Source of the DNA: Paraspadella gotoi
Lineage: Eukaryota > Animalia > Chaetognatha
NCBI GenBank assembly: GCA_051294375.1
Contig: CM119270.1
Location: forward strand, 13,284,741-13,348,740
Direction: 5' to 3'
DNA: 64,000 nucleotides
Shown: in pieces, positions 23,697-37,461 of the stretch
How positions within the stretch are numbered: position 1 is the first letter of the stretch
How the letters are laid out: every line of letters begins with the position of its first letter
Notes under the pieces: model-generated
Databases searched by the model: none
What the model saw: only the letters and a program-made list of their open reading frames with translations
What the model was told of the DNA's origin: nothing
Made by a program: the position numbers and the translations under genes

Positions 23697-25041
23697 TACA
23701 ACTAAAACGGAAGCAAGCGTCGAATTTTAACAAGCACAGCAGAACCCACGAAACATACCCTCCACGGCGACGAGAAATTTTTAAAGCCGATATTTTTTTG
23801 CCATTTTAATATTTCATATAATATTCATATTCTAATTAATATTCTTTAATATTCATTAATATTCAACTGATACATTCACGCGAAATAATTTTTTTTTTCG
23901 AGAAAACTAGAGGAAGATTTAAATTTATTGAGACCCTGAGATTAAGCTTCTTAATTTATGTAAAGATTTTAAAGATATTAAGATTTGTCGAAAATAGNNN
24001 NNNNNNNNNNNNNNNNNNNNNNGAGAGAGAGAGAGAGAGAGTATTTTATTGGCGGCAGGTGTTGGGGCTTTTTAGTTTAAAATCTTTCCAATGAAATTTT
24101 CAAAATGTAATTATGAGCGAATTTTGTTTTCGCTCAGAGTTTTTCTCTCTCAATTTTCGATCAACATTTTCCTCTTCTTTCTCTCTCGACTTCTTAGACT
24201 TTTTCCTCTTTTAGCAATATTAATTTTTAACTTTCTTGATAATCTTTCTTTATACATACAATGATACATACCCTTTAATCATTCTTCGTCAGAAACCTAT
24301 CCCTTCATTTGCTTTCTACTCCAATATTTTCTTTATTTTTTTCTTTTATTTTTTGTCTTTTCTTCCTTTTCTTTTCTTACTTCTCTTTTCTTTTCTTTTT
24401 CCATTTTTTATTTTCTTTTTTTTTCTTACTTTTCTTTTCTCTTTTTTTGAAATTTTAATGATTTGTCTATGAAAATAAACAAAAATAATCAAATTTATTG
24501 AATGATGACAAAGATGATTTTTTAAGGTTATTTCAAATTTTAACCCATTTATCATTAAATTTTTTAAAATTTGTAATACTAACCTTTATTTCACTTTTAT
24601 CAGAATCAATTTTTAAAAATTTAAATTTCCAAAGAAATTTTTAAAAATTTTTTTATATATTATTAACTATTAAAATGTTTCCATGCATTAGGAAAATGAT
24701 TTTAATCAAAATCTAACATCATAAGTCAATTTGGTTGTAAAAGGACAAAATATTTTTATTGCAGACTGTTTCATATTGTAAAAAATGTTAAATTATGGCC
24801 CGCTTAATAAGCAATTAAGCCAGAGAGAGTGACTGTTTCATTATTTTAGTAATTGGTGTTATTCTCCATAATGAATTTTGAGCCTCCAGTTTTTATCAAT
24901 AAAAAAAAATAAATAAAAGTCAGTTTTCATAAGACTTGTTTGGAGTAATAATGATTTGTAAACAAATGTAAGTACACTTTTCCAGTTGCGATGAATTGAG
25001 TAGAGGAGGAAAGAGGGAAGGAGGTACTCTCTCTCTCTCTA

Positions 25042-25072
<31 letters not shown>

Positions 25073-25496
25073 GCGTGTGTGTGTAGTAAGTGATATTTTT
25101 AACAATTAACTCACATTAAAAACGGTAACACAGCTTCATCTGTTTCTAAGCAAAAGTGAAATTAATTTCCAAATTGTTTTGAACTAATAATTAATTAATT
25201 ATAAATGTGTGTACTTTATTCATAATACAGAAAGGAACGAGAGTAAAAAAAATAATGATCGGGGAAAGAAAAAAAGGAAAGAAAAATAGAAAGGGAAAAT
25301 AAGACAGTTCCACCATAAAACTCATTTTTTCATCTTTTTTTTAAATTCCAGTTTTTCTGGTTCAGTTACTCGTGATTTAGAATTATAAAAAGGTTCCCCC
25401 TCGCATCTCTGCCGTGGGGTTAATAGAAAGGGTAGGTGCTAATTTAAGAAATGACTTTCCCGGAATCGCTGCATCTATCAATCATCCTTTATGATG

Positions 25497-26383
<887 letters not shown>

Positions 26384-26479
26384 CTGTAACCGACCCTCAC
26401 CCACACCTAATCTTGCCCGACCTCGGTGAATGCGCTCTGCCCCTTCGAAGACGCCCTCTCTCTCTCTCTCTCTCATATC

Positions 26480-26512
<33 letters not shown>

Positions 26513-26666
26513 TTCTCTCTCCTCTCTCTTCTCTCTTCTCTCTTGTTTCAGCCATCGGAGTGACAAAACAGTTTGCCAGATGGAGACGGAGCCATCATCC
26601 AGCCCATAACTAGAATTAGAAACGTACACACTCAAAGCTTTTCCAAACCTCGAGTCGTGCCTTTGT

Positions 26667-26704
<38 letters not shown>

Positions 26705-27352
26705 AGAACAGAATAAAATTCGGAGATTTGCATTCATCTCCGAACCTCTGAAAATTTTTCTGCCTGGAGTGGTTGGGGCTAAGAAATGGAGTGGATGGGA
26801 GATAAGAAGAAGTGATGTTAAGAAAGGGATAAGGGGAGAAGGGTAAAAGGTGAAAATGGTGATGAGAATGAAAAGAGGTGGAAAAAAGGGAAGAAAGGGT
26901 AAAAAAGAAAAAGACAACACGTGAAAAGGGAAAGAGGAGCAAAGGTGGAAAGTAGAAGGGATTAAAGGTGAAATGAGGAAAAAGAAGGAGAAGGTAAGAA
27001 AGGAAAACGTGAAAAGAAATAATGAGAAAAGGTGACAAGAAAAATAAGAATAAAGAAAATGAAAGAGAAAAAAGGTGAAAAGAAAAAGATAGAAAGGTAA
27101 AAGGAAAAGGAGAAATGTGACACGAAAAAGATAGAAAGGGAAAAAGAAAAAGATAGAAAGGTAAAAATGAGAAGGAGAAAGGTGAAAAAAAAAAGTAGAA
27201 AGCGAAAGAGAAGGAGAAAGGTGGGCGGAGAAAAGGGATGAGAAAAAGAAAAAGAAAGGTGAGAGAGGAACAGATTCTCCTTGGGTCGAGTCTCCGCGAA
27301 TGTTTATCGTAAATACCTTCCCCGGAGAGAGAGAGAGAGAGAAGAGAGAGAG

Positions 27353-27420
<68 letters not shown>

Positions 27421-28450
27421 AGAGTATTTTATGGCGCAGCGTGTTGGGGCTTTTTTGTTTAAAATCTTCCAATTAAATTTCAAAATTGTAATTATGAGCG
27501 AATTTGTTTTGCTTCAGAGTTTTTCTCTCTCAATTCTCGTCAAATTTCCTCTTTCTTTCTCTCTCCGACTTCTAGAACTTTCTTCTCTTTTAGCAATATA
27601 ATTTTAACATTTCTTGAAATCTTCTCTTTATATCATTACAATGATACAACCTTAATCATCTTCGTCAGAAACCTTCCCTTCATTTGACTTTTCTACTCCA
27701 ATAGTTTCTTTCATTTTTCTTTTATTTTTGTCTTTTCTTCTTTCTTTGCTTCTTCTCTTTTCTTTTCTTTTCATTTTTATTTCTTTTTTTCTACTTTTCT
27801 TTCTCTTTTTTTGAAATTTTAATGATTGTCTATGAAAATAACAAAAATAATCAAATTTATGAATGATGACAAAGATGATTTTTTTAAGGCTTATTTTCAA
27901 TTTTAACCCATTTATCATTAAATTTTTTTAAATTTGTAATACTAACCCTTATTTCACTTTATCAGAATCAATTTTTAAAAATTTTAATTTCCAAAGAAAT
28001 TTTTAAAAAATTTTTTTATATATTATAACTATTAAAAGTGTTTCATGCATTTAGGAAAATGATTTTTTAATCAAAATCTAACATCAAAGTCAATTTGGTA
28101 TGTAAAAAGGATCAAAATATTTTTATTCAGACTGTTTCATATTTGTTAAAAAATGTTTTTTAAATTATGGCCCGCCTTAATAAGCAATTAAGCCAGTGAC
28201 AGTACTGTTTCATTATTTTAGAATTGTGTGTTAGTTCTCCATAATGAATTTGAGACCTCCAGTTTTTATCAATAAAAAAAAATTAAATAAAGTCAGTTTC
28301 ATAAGACTTGTTTGGAGTATAATAATGATTTGTAACAAATAGAGTACAACTTTTCCAGCTTGCGATGAATTGAGTAGAGAGGAAAGAGGAAGAGGTACTC
28401 TCTCTTCTCTCTATCTTCTCTCTCCNNNNNNNNNNNNNNNNNNNNNNNNN

Positions 28451-29185
28451 TTTTCTTCTTCGTCGCCTCGTTTTTCGTCGCATCGTCTCTTCTGTCGCTG
28501 CGTCTTAGTCTGGGTCGTTGTTCCCCAAGACGTCATCCGTTGTTATCGTTGTCGAAACGTCGGGAGTTTTCGTCCTCGTCACCGCCCACGACGCCGTCGT
28601 CGCGTCGTCGTCGTCGTCGTCGTCGTCGCTCAGCTTCCTGTCGTGTCTCTTTATTCTAATTAGCCTCACTTGTCGTTCCTCTCGTGCCTCGTATCTTACT
28701 TGTCTCCTTTTCTTCCTACCTATTTTTTTTTGGCTTGTATATTCTATCTTTTTTTTTTTTCTCCGTTTCCTCTCTTTCAATTAGTCTGTCTCTTTCTTTA
28801 ATTTTTCTCGATCCTCGATCTTTCACCACCTCCTCCTCGAATCTATCACTCATCCATCTCTCCCCCTTCTCCTTTCCTCCTTTCTTTCTTTCCCTTTCTC
28901 CCCTCGAACCAGGAGCCGCTTCCAGGTTTTCCTGCGTTCGCGACTAATTATCATAAAATCGTTTTGTTTTTCTCGGTTGCTCCACTCCTGTCAACACTCG
29001 CCCTTCTCTCTACTCCTGTTAAACACTGTCGTTACTCTTCCTCACTCCAGTCAACACACTTTTCTCTTCTTCTCTCTTTAACTGCACCCTTCTGCATCCA
29101 CTCTCCTTTCGATTGGTCACCTCTTTCGCCACTTCTTCTTTTCTTTCATTTATTATTTCTTTCTTTCATTTATTATTTCTTTCAT

Positions 29186-29225
<40 letters not shown>

Positions 29226-29312
29226 TTCTTTCTTTCTTTCTTTCTTTTTTCATTTATTATTTCTTTCTTCATTTATTATTCTTTCTTAGATTGTTATTGT
29301 TTGCCAATACAA
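28451..29312 (+). repeat. Segment E, repeated inverted at 51434-52342
   Basis: Both copies abut 25-N gaps. The shared peptide end 'PGAASRFSCVRD' appears in ORFs 28684+ and 51842-. Confidence 0.93.
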
Positions 29313-29406
29313 CGATTTTTATTGTCATAGTACATGTTTCGACTCTGTTGATTCGAGTCTTCATCAGCTTTTGAAAACATTATCAAAAATGCTCTACACA
29401 TTAAGT

Positions 29407-29443
<37 letters not shown>

Positions 29444-29446
29444 AAG

Positions 29447-29527
<81 letters not shown>

Positions 29528-29629
29528 AGGGAGAGTTTCCAACAAAGGGCTGAAGTAAAGGACAGTGCCAGATGAGAGGACAGGTGAAGGTAAGAACAGA
29601 GAAGAAGATAATTTTGAAAGGTGAAAAGT

Positions 29630-29671
<42 letters not shown>

Positions 29672-29950
29672 ATTACATTTCTTTCTTCTTTCTCTCTTTT
29701 TCCGCCAAAGCCAAGGTCGCTCCCATCGATTGGCCTTTCGCCTTCTCCTCTTTCCCTCTTCGCTCTCCTCCCTCTCACCCAGTTCTGACCCAGTCCTCCG
29801 CCCCCCCCCGCCCCCCCCCCTCCTCAGCGCCAATCTCAATTGCGTCTGCACAAGAGTCAGCGATGCGCTCGTTATATCCGGGACTCGATTCTGCCCGCCG
29901 ACGGAACCATGTCATCTCCGAAGCGTGAGATCGTCACCACCGGCTCATCG

Positions 29951-30001
<51 letters not shown>

Positions 30002-31439
30002 TCTCTCTCCACTCTCTCTCTCTCTCACTGACTTCCCTTCCCAAATTGAATTATTAGATAAATAAAAATTTTTAAAAAGAAAAGCAATATATATTTGTTT
30101 AAATAAATATAGATTAAATACTAAATCCTTCATAAAATATAAAAATAGAAAATGTGAAACAAGTAATTTGCAAATTTCATACAAAGAACCGATGGAGGCA
30201 TTTAAAAAAAAACAAACCCGGATGTGGTTAATTTAAAAAAAAATAAACCCGGATATCTGAAATTTTTAAGAAAAACCCGGATGCAATCAATTACACTGAC
30301 GAGTTCGTCGCTTCAGTCGCTCCGACGTCAATTCTCTCTCCCTCGCCTCCCCCCCCCCCAAACGAGGAAGGATTCCGAAAACTGTCAGTTCATAAGAGCC
30401 GATATCTCCTTCCTCTCTTCATCCTCCCTCCTCCTCCTCCTCCCTCCTAAATCCTTCCACGAGGAGAAGTCCCTTTCGGACCCAAGTCGAGACAGAGCGG
30501 TCATTGACTACCCCGCAGTGGAGCGATCGTTGTTGGGAAATAAACTATGGACCGAAAAGATGATTTTAGTGCCGGTTTTAGAGAGAGAGAGAGAAGAGAA
30601 GAACGATAGAGAGATAGAGAGAGAGAGAGATTGATTTATTTTGATTTGATTTAATTATGCTCAAAATGTGAAAGTTTAACACAGTAACAATGCGATTGTT
30701 AAAGAGCTGTACATAACTAATATATTAAATATGTATTAGATATGTGGATTTGATCCGGTTTCTTCGCTTTCCAAGTGACGGAGTTGGGCAAATCGCCAAA
30801 TAATATTTCCTTAAACTAATATTACCATTTACAATAAAAATTTATTGAATCACTTAATTAAATATAGATATTCCCTTTGCATTAATTATTATAGCATGTC
30901 ATATTGATTATGTTGAACAGAGAACATATAACTTATATTTTAATGGGTACACTAGTAGTATTTTAAATAGTTCTCATTTCTGTTATATCATTTAGTTCTT
31001 AGTTCTTCTGGTAAGAATTTGTTATCAACACTTACTGTCCATCACTACAGTTTGAATACTTATTCTAATGTTAAGCTTCATTGATTTTATGTCTTCCTTA
31101 TTGATTGTTAGTATTATTTCCTTTTGTTGTTTGTGGAATATAGATACTCTATGGATTCTATGGAATATCTATATGCTTTGATTATTTTATTAAGGTCGAT
31201 TTTATAAATGAAACAAAATAAATGATTTTGTTCTTAGGAAAACATTTTTATCTTTGAACGAACTAGTGAGGCGCAGACGCCACGTGGTGGTCGTTCCCAC
31301 AGAGATACTCATTATTTAAAGAAATGTAAATAAATTCGCAAAAAATTACAAGGTAGACTAACTATATACATAGTTTAAAATTTTTAGTGTTAACACATAG
31401 ATCCCGTTTCTTTTTAACATTCACACTCTCTCTATACGA

Positions 31440-31525
<86 letters not shown>

Positions 31526-31569
31526 AAGAGAAGAGAGTTTAAAGAAAGAGATAAGAAAAGAGATAAAGA

Positions 31570-31900
31570 AAGTTTACTTCCGGCGTCCCTAGATGCCAGA
31601 CCACGCCCACAATCGACCTGCTCACGCTTCTCACATCCGCCTTCACTTCCGGTCTCGAATCCACGCCAACGCGCCATTCTCGTGCCACAGCGCGCCGCCA
31701 AAAAAGGAAACAACAAGAACCACCAACAACGAAACCGCGCGCGCGCCATTTCTTTCTTTTTTTTCTTTTCGTCAAAAAAAAGAAAGAAAACTTTTTCGCG
31801 TCAAACGTCCCAAAGACGCCGCGGGTCGCATTGCGCCCCAGCAGCGGCGCCGTCGGGTTGGCAGCGGCGCCGTCGGGGTGGCAGCGGCGCCGGCGAAGAG
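31570..31900. promoter_or_regulatory. CpG-rich promoter-like cluster (copies near 43500-43820 and 47695-48030)
   Basis: ETS ACTTCCGG at 31576 and 31645, KLF/Sp CCACGCCC at 31601, E2F-like TTTTCGCGTCAAA at ~31793, and a 20-bp GC tandem at 31841-31893. Confidence 0.4.
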
Positions 31901-32184
31901 CGAATCCCGTTGAGGCCGACTGCATCGCGCTGAGCGTCAAGATGAATCTAGTATTTCGCCCCCGCGTACGCGCGCGTAAGTATCCTTGCAAGCGTCGCCC
32001 TCGTTCGGACGCCTCCGCTCAGAGTACGTACGAAAAAAGAAACGGACGTATGAGAGAGGTCGTAAGTTTTCTTAAGGTTGGAGTGGAAAATGTAAGGGAC
32101 GATGTCTTTTCTGGTATTTCCTTTGGTTCCATTTAGCGCTCCGCTCCACGTTAACCCTCGCGCGCTTGTCTCTTCTTTCCAATC

Positions 32185-32228
<44 letters not shown>

Positions 32229-32305
32229 GTCTCCCCTTCTACCCATCCCCTTTTCCCCAACTCCCCCCCCCAAATGCGCTTCCCCAGGGCCGCAAAAGTC
32301 CTTAA

Positions 32306-33175
32306 GGGGACCCAGTGATAAAAATGATATCATAAGCTTAAAGGGTCTATCATCAAAGAATTTGAATGGTGATAGTCATTATATTTTTCTTTGCATGGGA
32401 AAGTGGGCAAAAAAAATTATTATCTTTATGTAGCGGAAAAGAAAATTTAAATTTGAAAAAAAAATTTAGTTGACCTCTCCTAAATATTTATATAATCCAT
32501 TATTTTATTTTTGTATAGAAAATATTTTTACTAAATTCCATATTTTTATTTGTTATGTAAAGCTACAATTTTAGTGTTAAGCCTATTGAACAAAGCTTTA
32601 CAAGGACTAATATTTTTATATTTTTTATATTTACTTAAAAGCAGACAAATCAAACCTAAATTCTAATTCTTACAGAAACAAAACGTAATAATTATTAATT
32701 AATATTTATATTCATCCCTTAATGTATTATTAAACTTTATTGGATTCTTAATTATAACAATTTAAAAATTTTAGCAAAAGTAGCAGAATCTTTCTCTTTT
32801 TTTTTAATATTTATATTAACTTCAAAAAGTTTTATTTTCCTCCAATATAACAGAATCATTTGAAAAGAAAGTTTAAATAATATCAGTCGATACCCTTAAA
32901 TTTGATTCAATTCCTAGTTTTTTTTCTTAATAAATTTTTGTAAAAAGCTGAAAACCTTTTAAAAATTAGATTTACTCTTTTTGGAAAAAAATTTAACTTG
33001 AAAAAGATTTTCTCTTACCATTTTTTAAAGAAAATTAAGCTCGCTGATTTTTATCGATTTTTTAACTACTTTCCCAAAGATTGATAGAAAAAAATTATAA
33101 TGATCAGAACCAGCTTAGTTAAAGGGTCAAACGTTATGTATCACTTTTTACCGCCCCCTGTTCACATTGGTCCCC
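32306..33175. mobile_element. ~870-bp non-autonomous TIR transposon with TTAA TSD and GG..CC termini (Kolobok-type)
   Basis: TTAA|GGGGACCCAGTGA ... TCAC(A)TTGGTCCCC|TTAA, an AT-rich interior and no ORF. TTAA plus 5'-RR ends fits Kolobok rather than piggyBac (5'-CC). Confidence 0.75.
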
Positions 33176-33473
33176 TTAAGCGGCTCCCATTGGTTTTTTA
33201 TTTTCTCGAGCTGAAAAGTTCATCAAAGATCGACTCGGAGTTTCGACCTGCAAAACTTTTTCCCCCCGTTACTCACCATTTTTACTTTTCGTGGTCTGCT
33301 CGTGGAGTCCACATCCCTCGATTTTCACGTAATGGCCTCGCGTGTAAATTGCCTTCGAGAGAAGATTGTAAGTCCGGGAGACCAGACGATCCTACCTCCC
33401 CCCATGCGAACGCGAAGCTTTACCGGAGGCAGCGCGCGATCTCGGGATGCGCGATTTTTTTGAACCCATTAAG

Positions 33474-34847
33474 TAGGAAGCCGCTATAGAAAGAAGCCAG
33501 TGACTTTTTTCTTATATTTTTATATCGATAGATGTGGAATGACGGAATATTGTAAATCTCAAGTTTCGCTTTAATCGACCTCACATGCGTGGAGAAATCT
33601 TAGGAAACCCATCAAAATTCCACCCCTTTTTTTCAAATTCTCGCCTTTAGATTTTCGCCGAATTCTACTTCCTCTTACAAACTTATAATCCGCAAGTTAA
33701 TTTTTTTTCTTAAACGAGCGAGGGAATCCATAACTTTCTGTTATTTTAGATTTCTGCGTAAAAAAATATAATGAATAAATAACATTGGGATATTATGAAA
33801 GTAAAATGTCTTGTGAGCCTGTGAGAGTTAAATAATTAAAAGATTCGCCTATTTTATTATTGAAAAATGACATTAAAGTGAAGTAGTTGAACGTCTTCCA
33901 GCTCATTTCAGTAAACATCCCTGTTCTCTACATACAAATAATGGTTTACTTTTTGCTGGTGGAAAAGAAGATAAATAGTTAGGCTGGATGGGGTGAATAA
34001 TATTTGTAGAATTTTGTAAGCATGCTTGTATATCAGTGAAGCAAATATTTAAGTTGAAAAAAAAATTATATTTTCTTTATCAATAAACTTTAAAGTTTTA
34101 CTATAGACAATTTAGCCTTTTTCTTTTCAGATCACTAAAAAGAATTTAATTTTCATTTATTTTTTATGGGGCTTTCATTAGTTTTTAATTCATTATAATT
34201 TTGACTTAGTTGACACTCACCTGTAAGAGGTTTCAGCAAAATAAATCTAATATTGTAACTTGTAGTGCCTAATGATTATGGCTTCATTTGGTACTATTGC
34301 CATCCCTGTATTCTTTGTTTTCCTTCAAGAGATATCAGGAAAAAATCAGTTTTTCTCTCAACCTTTCCTATTAATTTCTTATTAATAAAAATTCATGTTG
34401 TCAACCAGACCAATGGACTTTACAATGTGGTTTACTATGAAGAGTTGGTCAATAATGAAAAGAAAATTTGGCAAGCTTTTGAGCAAGAGGCTTTTAAATC
34501 TCAAAATTCGAAGTAATAATTTTATAATGTAACATACCTAGCCCCGTTTACAATTTTGAAAATGCAAAAATTTTCCCTTTCATTCTATAGTAAAAACAAG
34601 GTTTTGAAAATTCTCCGGAGATGACTAAGTGCATTTCCCCTGGCTTGTTGATATTAAATCCTTATCAATGCCATAAGACGAATTTGGCTAGCTCTTAAGA
34701 TATACACGCTATCGGAATCGTGTGTTTTACAACTGTTTTTTACCCGATTTCTGGCAATCTCGTTTGCAATTTGGGTAGTCAGATTTTACGGAAATCTTAT
34801 TAGAAAAATGTTGAATTTTTTTTTTTTTTAAGCGAGATTCTCGTCTA
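33474..34847. mobile_element. 1374-bp insertion bounded by the direct repeat CATTAAG, termini TAG..CTA
   Basis: CATTAAG occurs at 33467-33473 and 34848-34854. The inverted copy of this locus has a single CATTAAG (39254-39260) joining both flanks. Confidence 0.6.
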
Positions 34848-34849
34848 CA

Positions 34850-35580
34850 TTAAGGTTTTTTTTCGATCGCGGATCAAATTTCCCCGTAACGACGGAGATA
34901 TTTTCAGATTTCATTTTTCTTTTTCTCTTCCCTTCGTTATTTGTTGTTATTCGCGTAACAAAAAAGATGGCGCTTTGGATCCTCGTCCGTCTTCATCATT
35001 TTCTCAACGTTGCGATCAAATGGCGACATTCGTTAAACCTTTAAAACCCATAACGCTTTACATAATCACAATACTAACGGTAACCAAAGTGAAACCATCC
35101 CCTTACTCATATCTCGATCCGTTTCGATGGCGATGAATAGAGGAATGACGAAGAGACGAAATTGTCGCCCTTTGGCCTCTTAGAGGGCGGGGACGCGAGC
35201 CGATTCGCCGATTATGAATTAAAGAGTTCGACCCCCGACATCCATTCATCACAACACGTCGTCGATTCGTTCGTTCATTCGAAGGCCCAATCTATTAATC
35301 CTGCCCAGAACATTCTTTTCTGTCAGAGGCATTCTATTTATTTCTTCATTCGTCGATTGATTCCTCATCAATCATTGGTTTTAAATTAATCCATCTATCC
35401 GTCCATAATCCATCAATGCATTCATTCATACATAGAATGATCAATCCATCCATCACCTCCTTCATTCATTCATCACTTCATCCATCCATCCATCTATCTA
35501 TCCGGCAATCCTTCAACGGATATCCGTCCAATCATTCGATCATTTGTCCTTCCATCCATCCATTCATCCATCCATCCATC
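34850..35580 (+). repeat. Segment I, repeated inverted at 38516-39258
   Basis: Shared 'LEGGDASRFADYE' in ORFs 35162+ and 38804-. Confidence 0.92.
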
Positions 35581-35705
35581 CATCCATCCATCCCATCCAT
35601 CCATCCATCCATCCATCCATCCATCCCATCCATTCCATCCATCCATCAATCCATCCATCCATCAATCCATCCTCCATCCATCCATTCATCCATCCATCCA
35701 TCCCA
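35440..35705. repeat. (TCCA)n microsatellite (further tracts at 36120-36330)
   Basis: Direct reading. Confidence 0.92.
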
Positions 35706-35902
35706 TCCGTCTGGTCATCATTCTCCGCATAGGAAGAGGTATCTTTCCATCCGTATCCTCTCTGTGAGGTCACGAGTTTCTGACCTGAGCCTCTGTGATC
35801 CTTATTTTTTCTCTCGACGAATCACCTCTTCTCATCTACCGACCTCTCACCCACAGGCCTAATCCTTGCCGACCTCGGTGAATGCGCTCTGCCTTCGAAC
35901 GC

Positions 35903-35990
<88 letters not shown>

Positions 35991-36354
35991 TGATGAAGAA
36001 GAGGTGATTCGTCGAGAGAAAAAAAAAAGGATCACAGAGGCTCAGGTCAGAAACTCGTGACCTCACAGAGAGAACGGATGGAAAGATGACCTCTCCTATG
36101 CGGAGAATGATGACCAGACGGATGGGATGGATGGATGGATGAATGGATGGATGGATGGATGGATCCATCATGGCCATGCTATCCATGCTCCATCACATCC
36201 AGTCCATTCCATGCCATCCAATGCCATCCATCATCCATCCATCATCATCCATTCCATCCATCCATCCATCCATCCATCCATCCAATCCATCCTCCATACC
36301 ATCCATTCATCCATCCACCATCCCATCCGTCTGGGTCATCATTCTCCGCAATAG

Positions 36355-36523
36355 GAGAGGTCATCTTTCCATCCGTTCTCTCTGTGAGGTCACGAGTTTC
36401 TGACCTGAGCCTCTGTGATCCTTTATTTTTTCTCTCGACGAATCACCTCTTCTCATCTACCGACCTCTCACCCACACCTAATCTTGCCCGACCTCGGTGA
36501 ATGCGCTCTGCCCTTCGAACGCC

Positions 36524-36586
<63 letters not shown>

Positions 36587-36671
36587 CTCTCTCTTCTCTC
36601 TTCTCTCTTGTTTCAGCCATCGGAGTGACAAAACAGTTGCAATGGAGACGGAGCCATCATCCAGCCCATAA
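36355..36671 (+). CDS. Candidate last two coding exons (36355-36496, 36617-36671) of an unidentified host gene
   Basis: AG|..CCTCG|GTGAAT..(CT)n TTGTTTCAG|. The phase-compatible splice reads [64 protein letters not shown]. No homology was recognised. Confidence 0.22.
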
Positions 36672-37353
36672 CTGAATTAGAAACGTACACACTCAAAGCT
36701 TTTCCAAACCTCGAGTCGTGCGTCTCGTCTCGGTGTCGTCGTCGTCGTCGTCGTCGTCGTTCGTCGTCGTCGTCTACAGAACAGAATAAAATTCGGAGAT
36801 TTGCATTCATCTCCGAACCTCTGAAAATTTTTCTGCCTGGAGTGGTTGGGGCTAAGAATGGAGTGGATGGGAGATAAGAAGAAGTGATGTTAAGAAGGGA
36901 TAAGGGGAGAAGGGTGAAATGGTGAAAATGGTGATGAGATATGAAAAGAGGTGAAAAAAGGGAAGAGGGTAAAAAGAAAAGAAAACGTGAAAAAGGGAAA
37001 GAGGAGCAAAGGTGAAAGTAGAAGGATTAAAGGGATATGAGGAAAAAGAAAGGAGAAGGTAAAAGGAAAACGGAAAATAAGAGAAAGGTAAGAAATGAAT
37101 AGGTAAAATAAAGAGAATAAAAGATAAAAGAAAAAAGATAGAAAGGTAAAAGAAAAGGAGAAATGTTCCAACAAAAAGATGAAAGGGAAAAAGAAAAAGA
37201 TAGAAAGGTAAAATGAGAAGGAGAAGGTGAAAAAAAAGATAGAAACGAAAGAGAAGGAGAAAGGTGGGCGGGAAAGGGATGAGTAAGAAGAGGTAGAGAG
37301 GAACGAGATTCTCCTTGGGTTCGAGTCTCCGCGAATGTTTATTAATACCTTTC

Positions 37354-37461
<108 letters not shown>

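Larger units (their letters stand above)
29316..33179 (+). repeat. Segment F, direct copy at 45395-49345; partial inverted copies at 43175-44170, 44772-45280 and 39532-40135; partial direct copy at 40161-41111
   Basis: Collinear anchors throughout, with indel noise. Confidence 0.92.

Noticed and set aside
34180-34520. 83-aa ORF and a YRDG..ALQ fragment as a transposase relic inside the 1.37-kb insert
   Set aside because: Multiple stops and no convincing catalytic motif.
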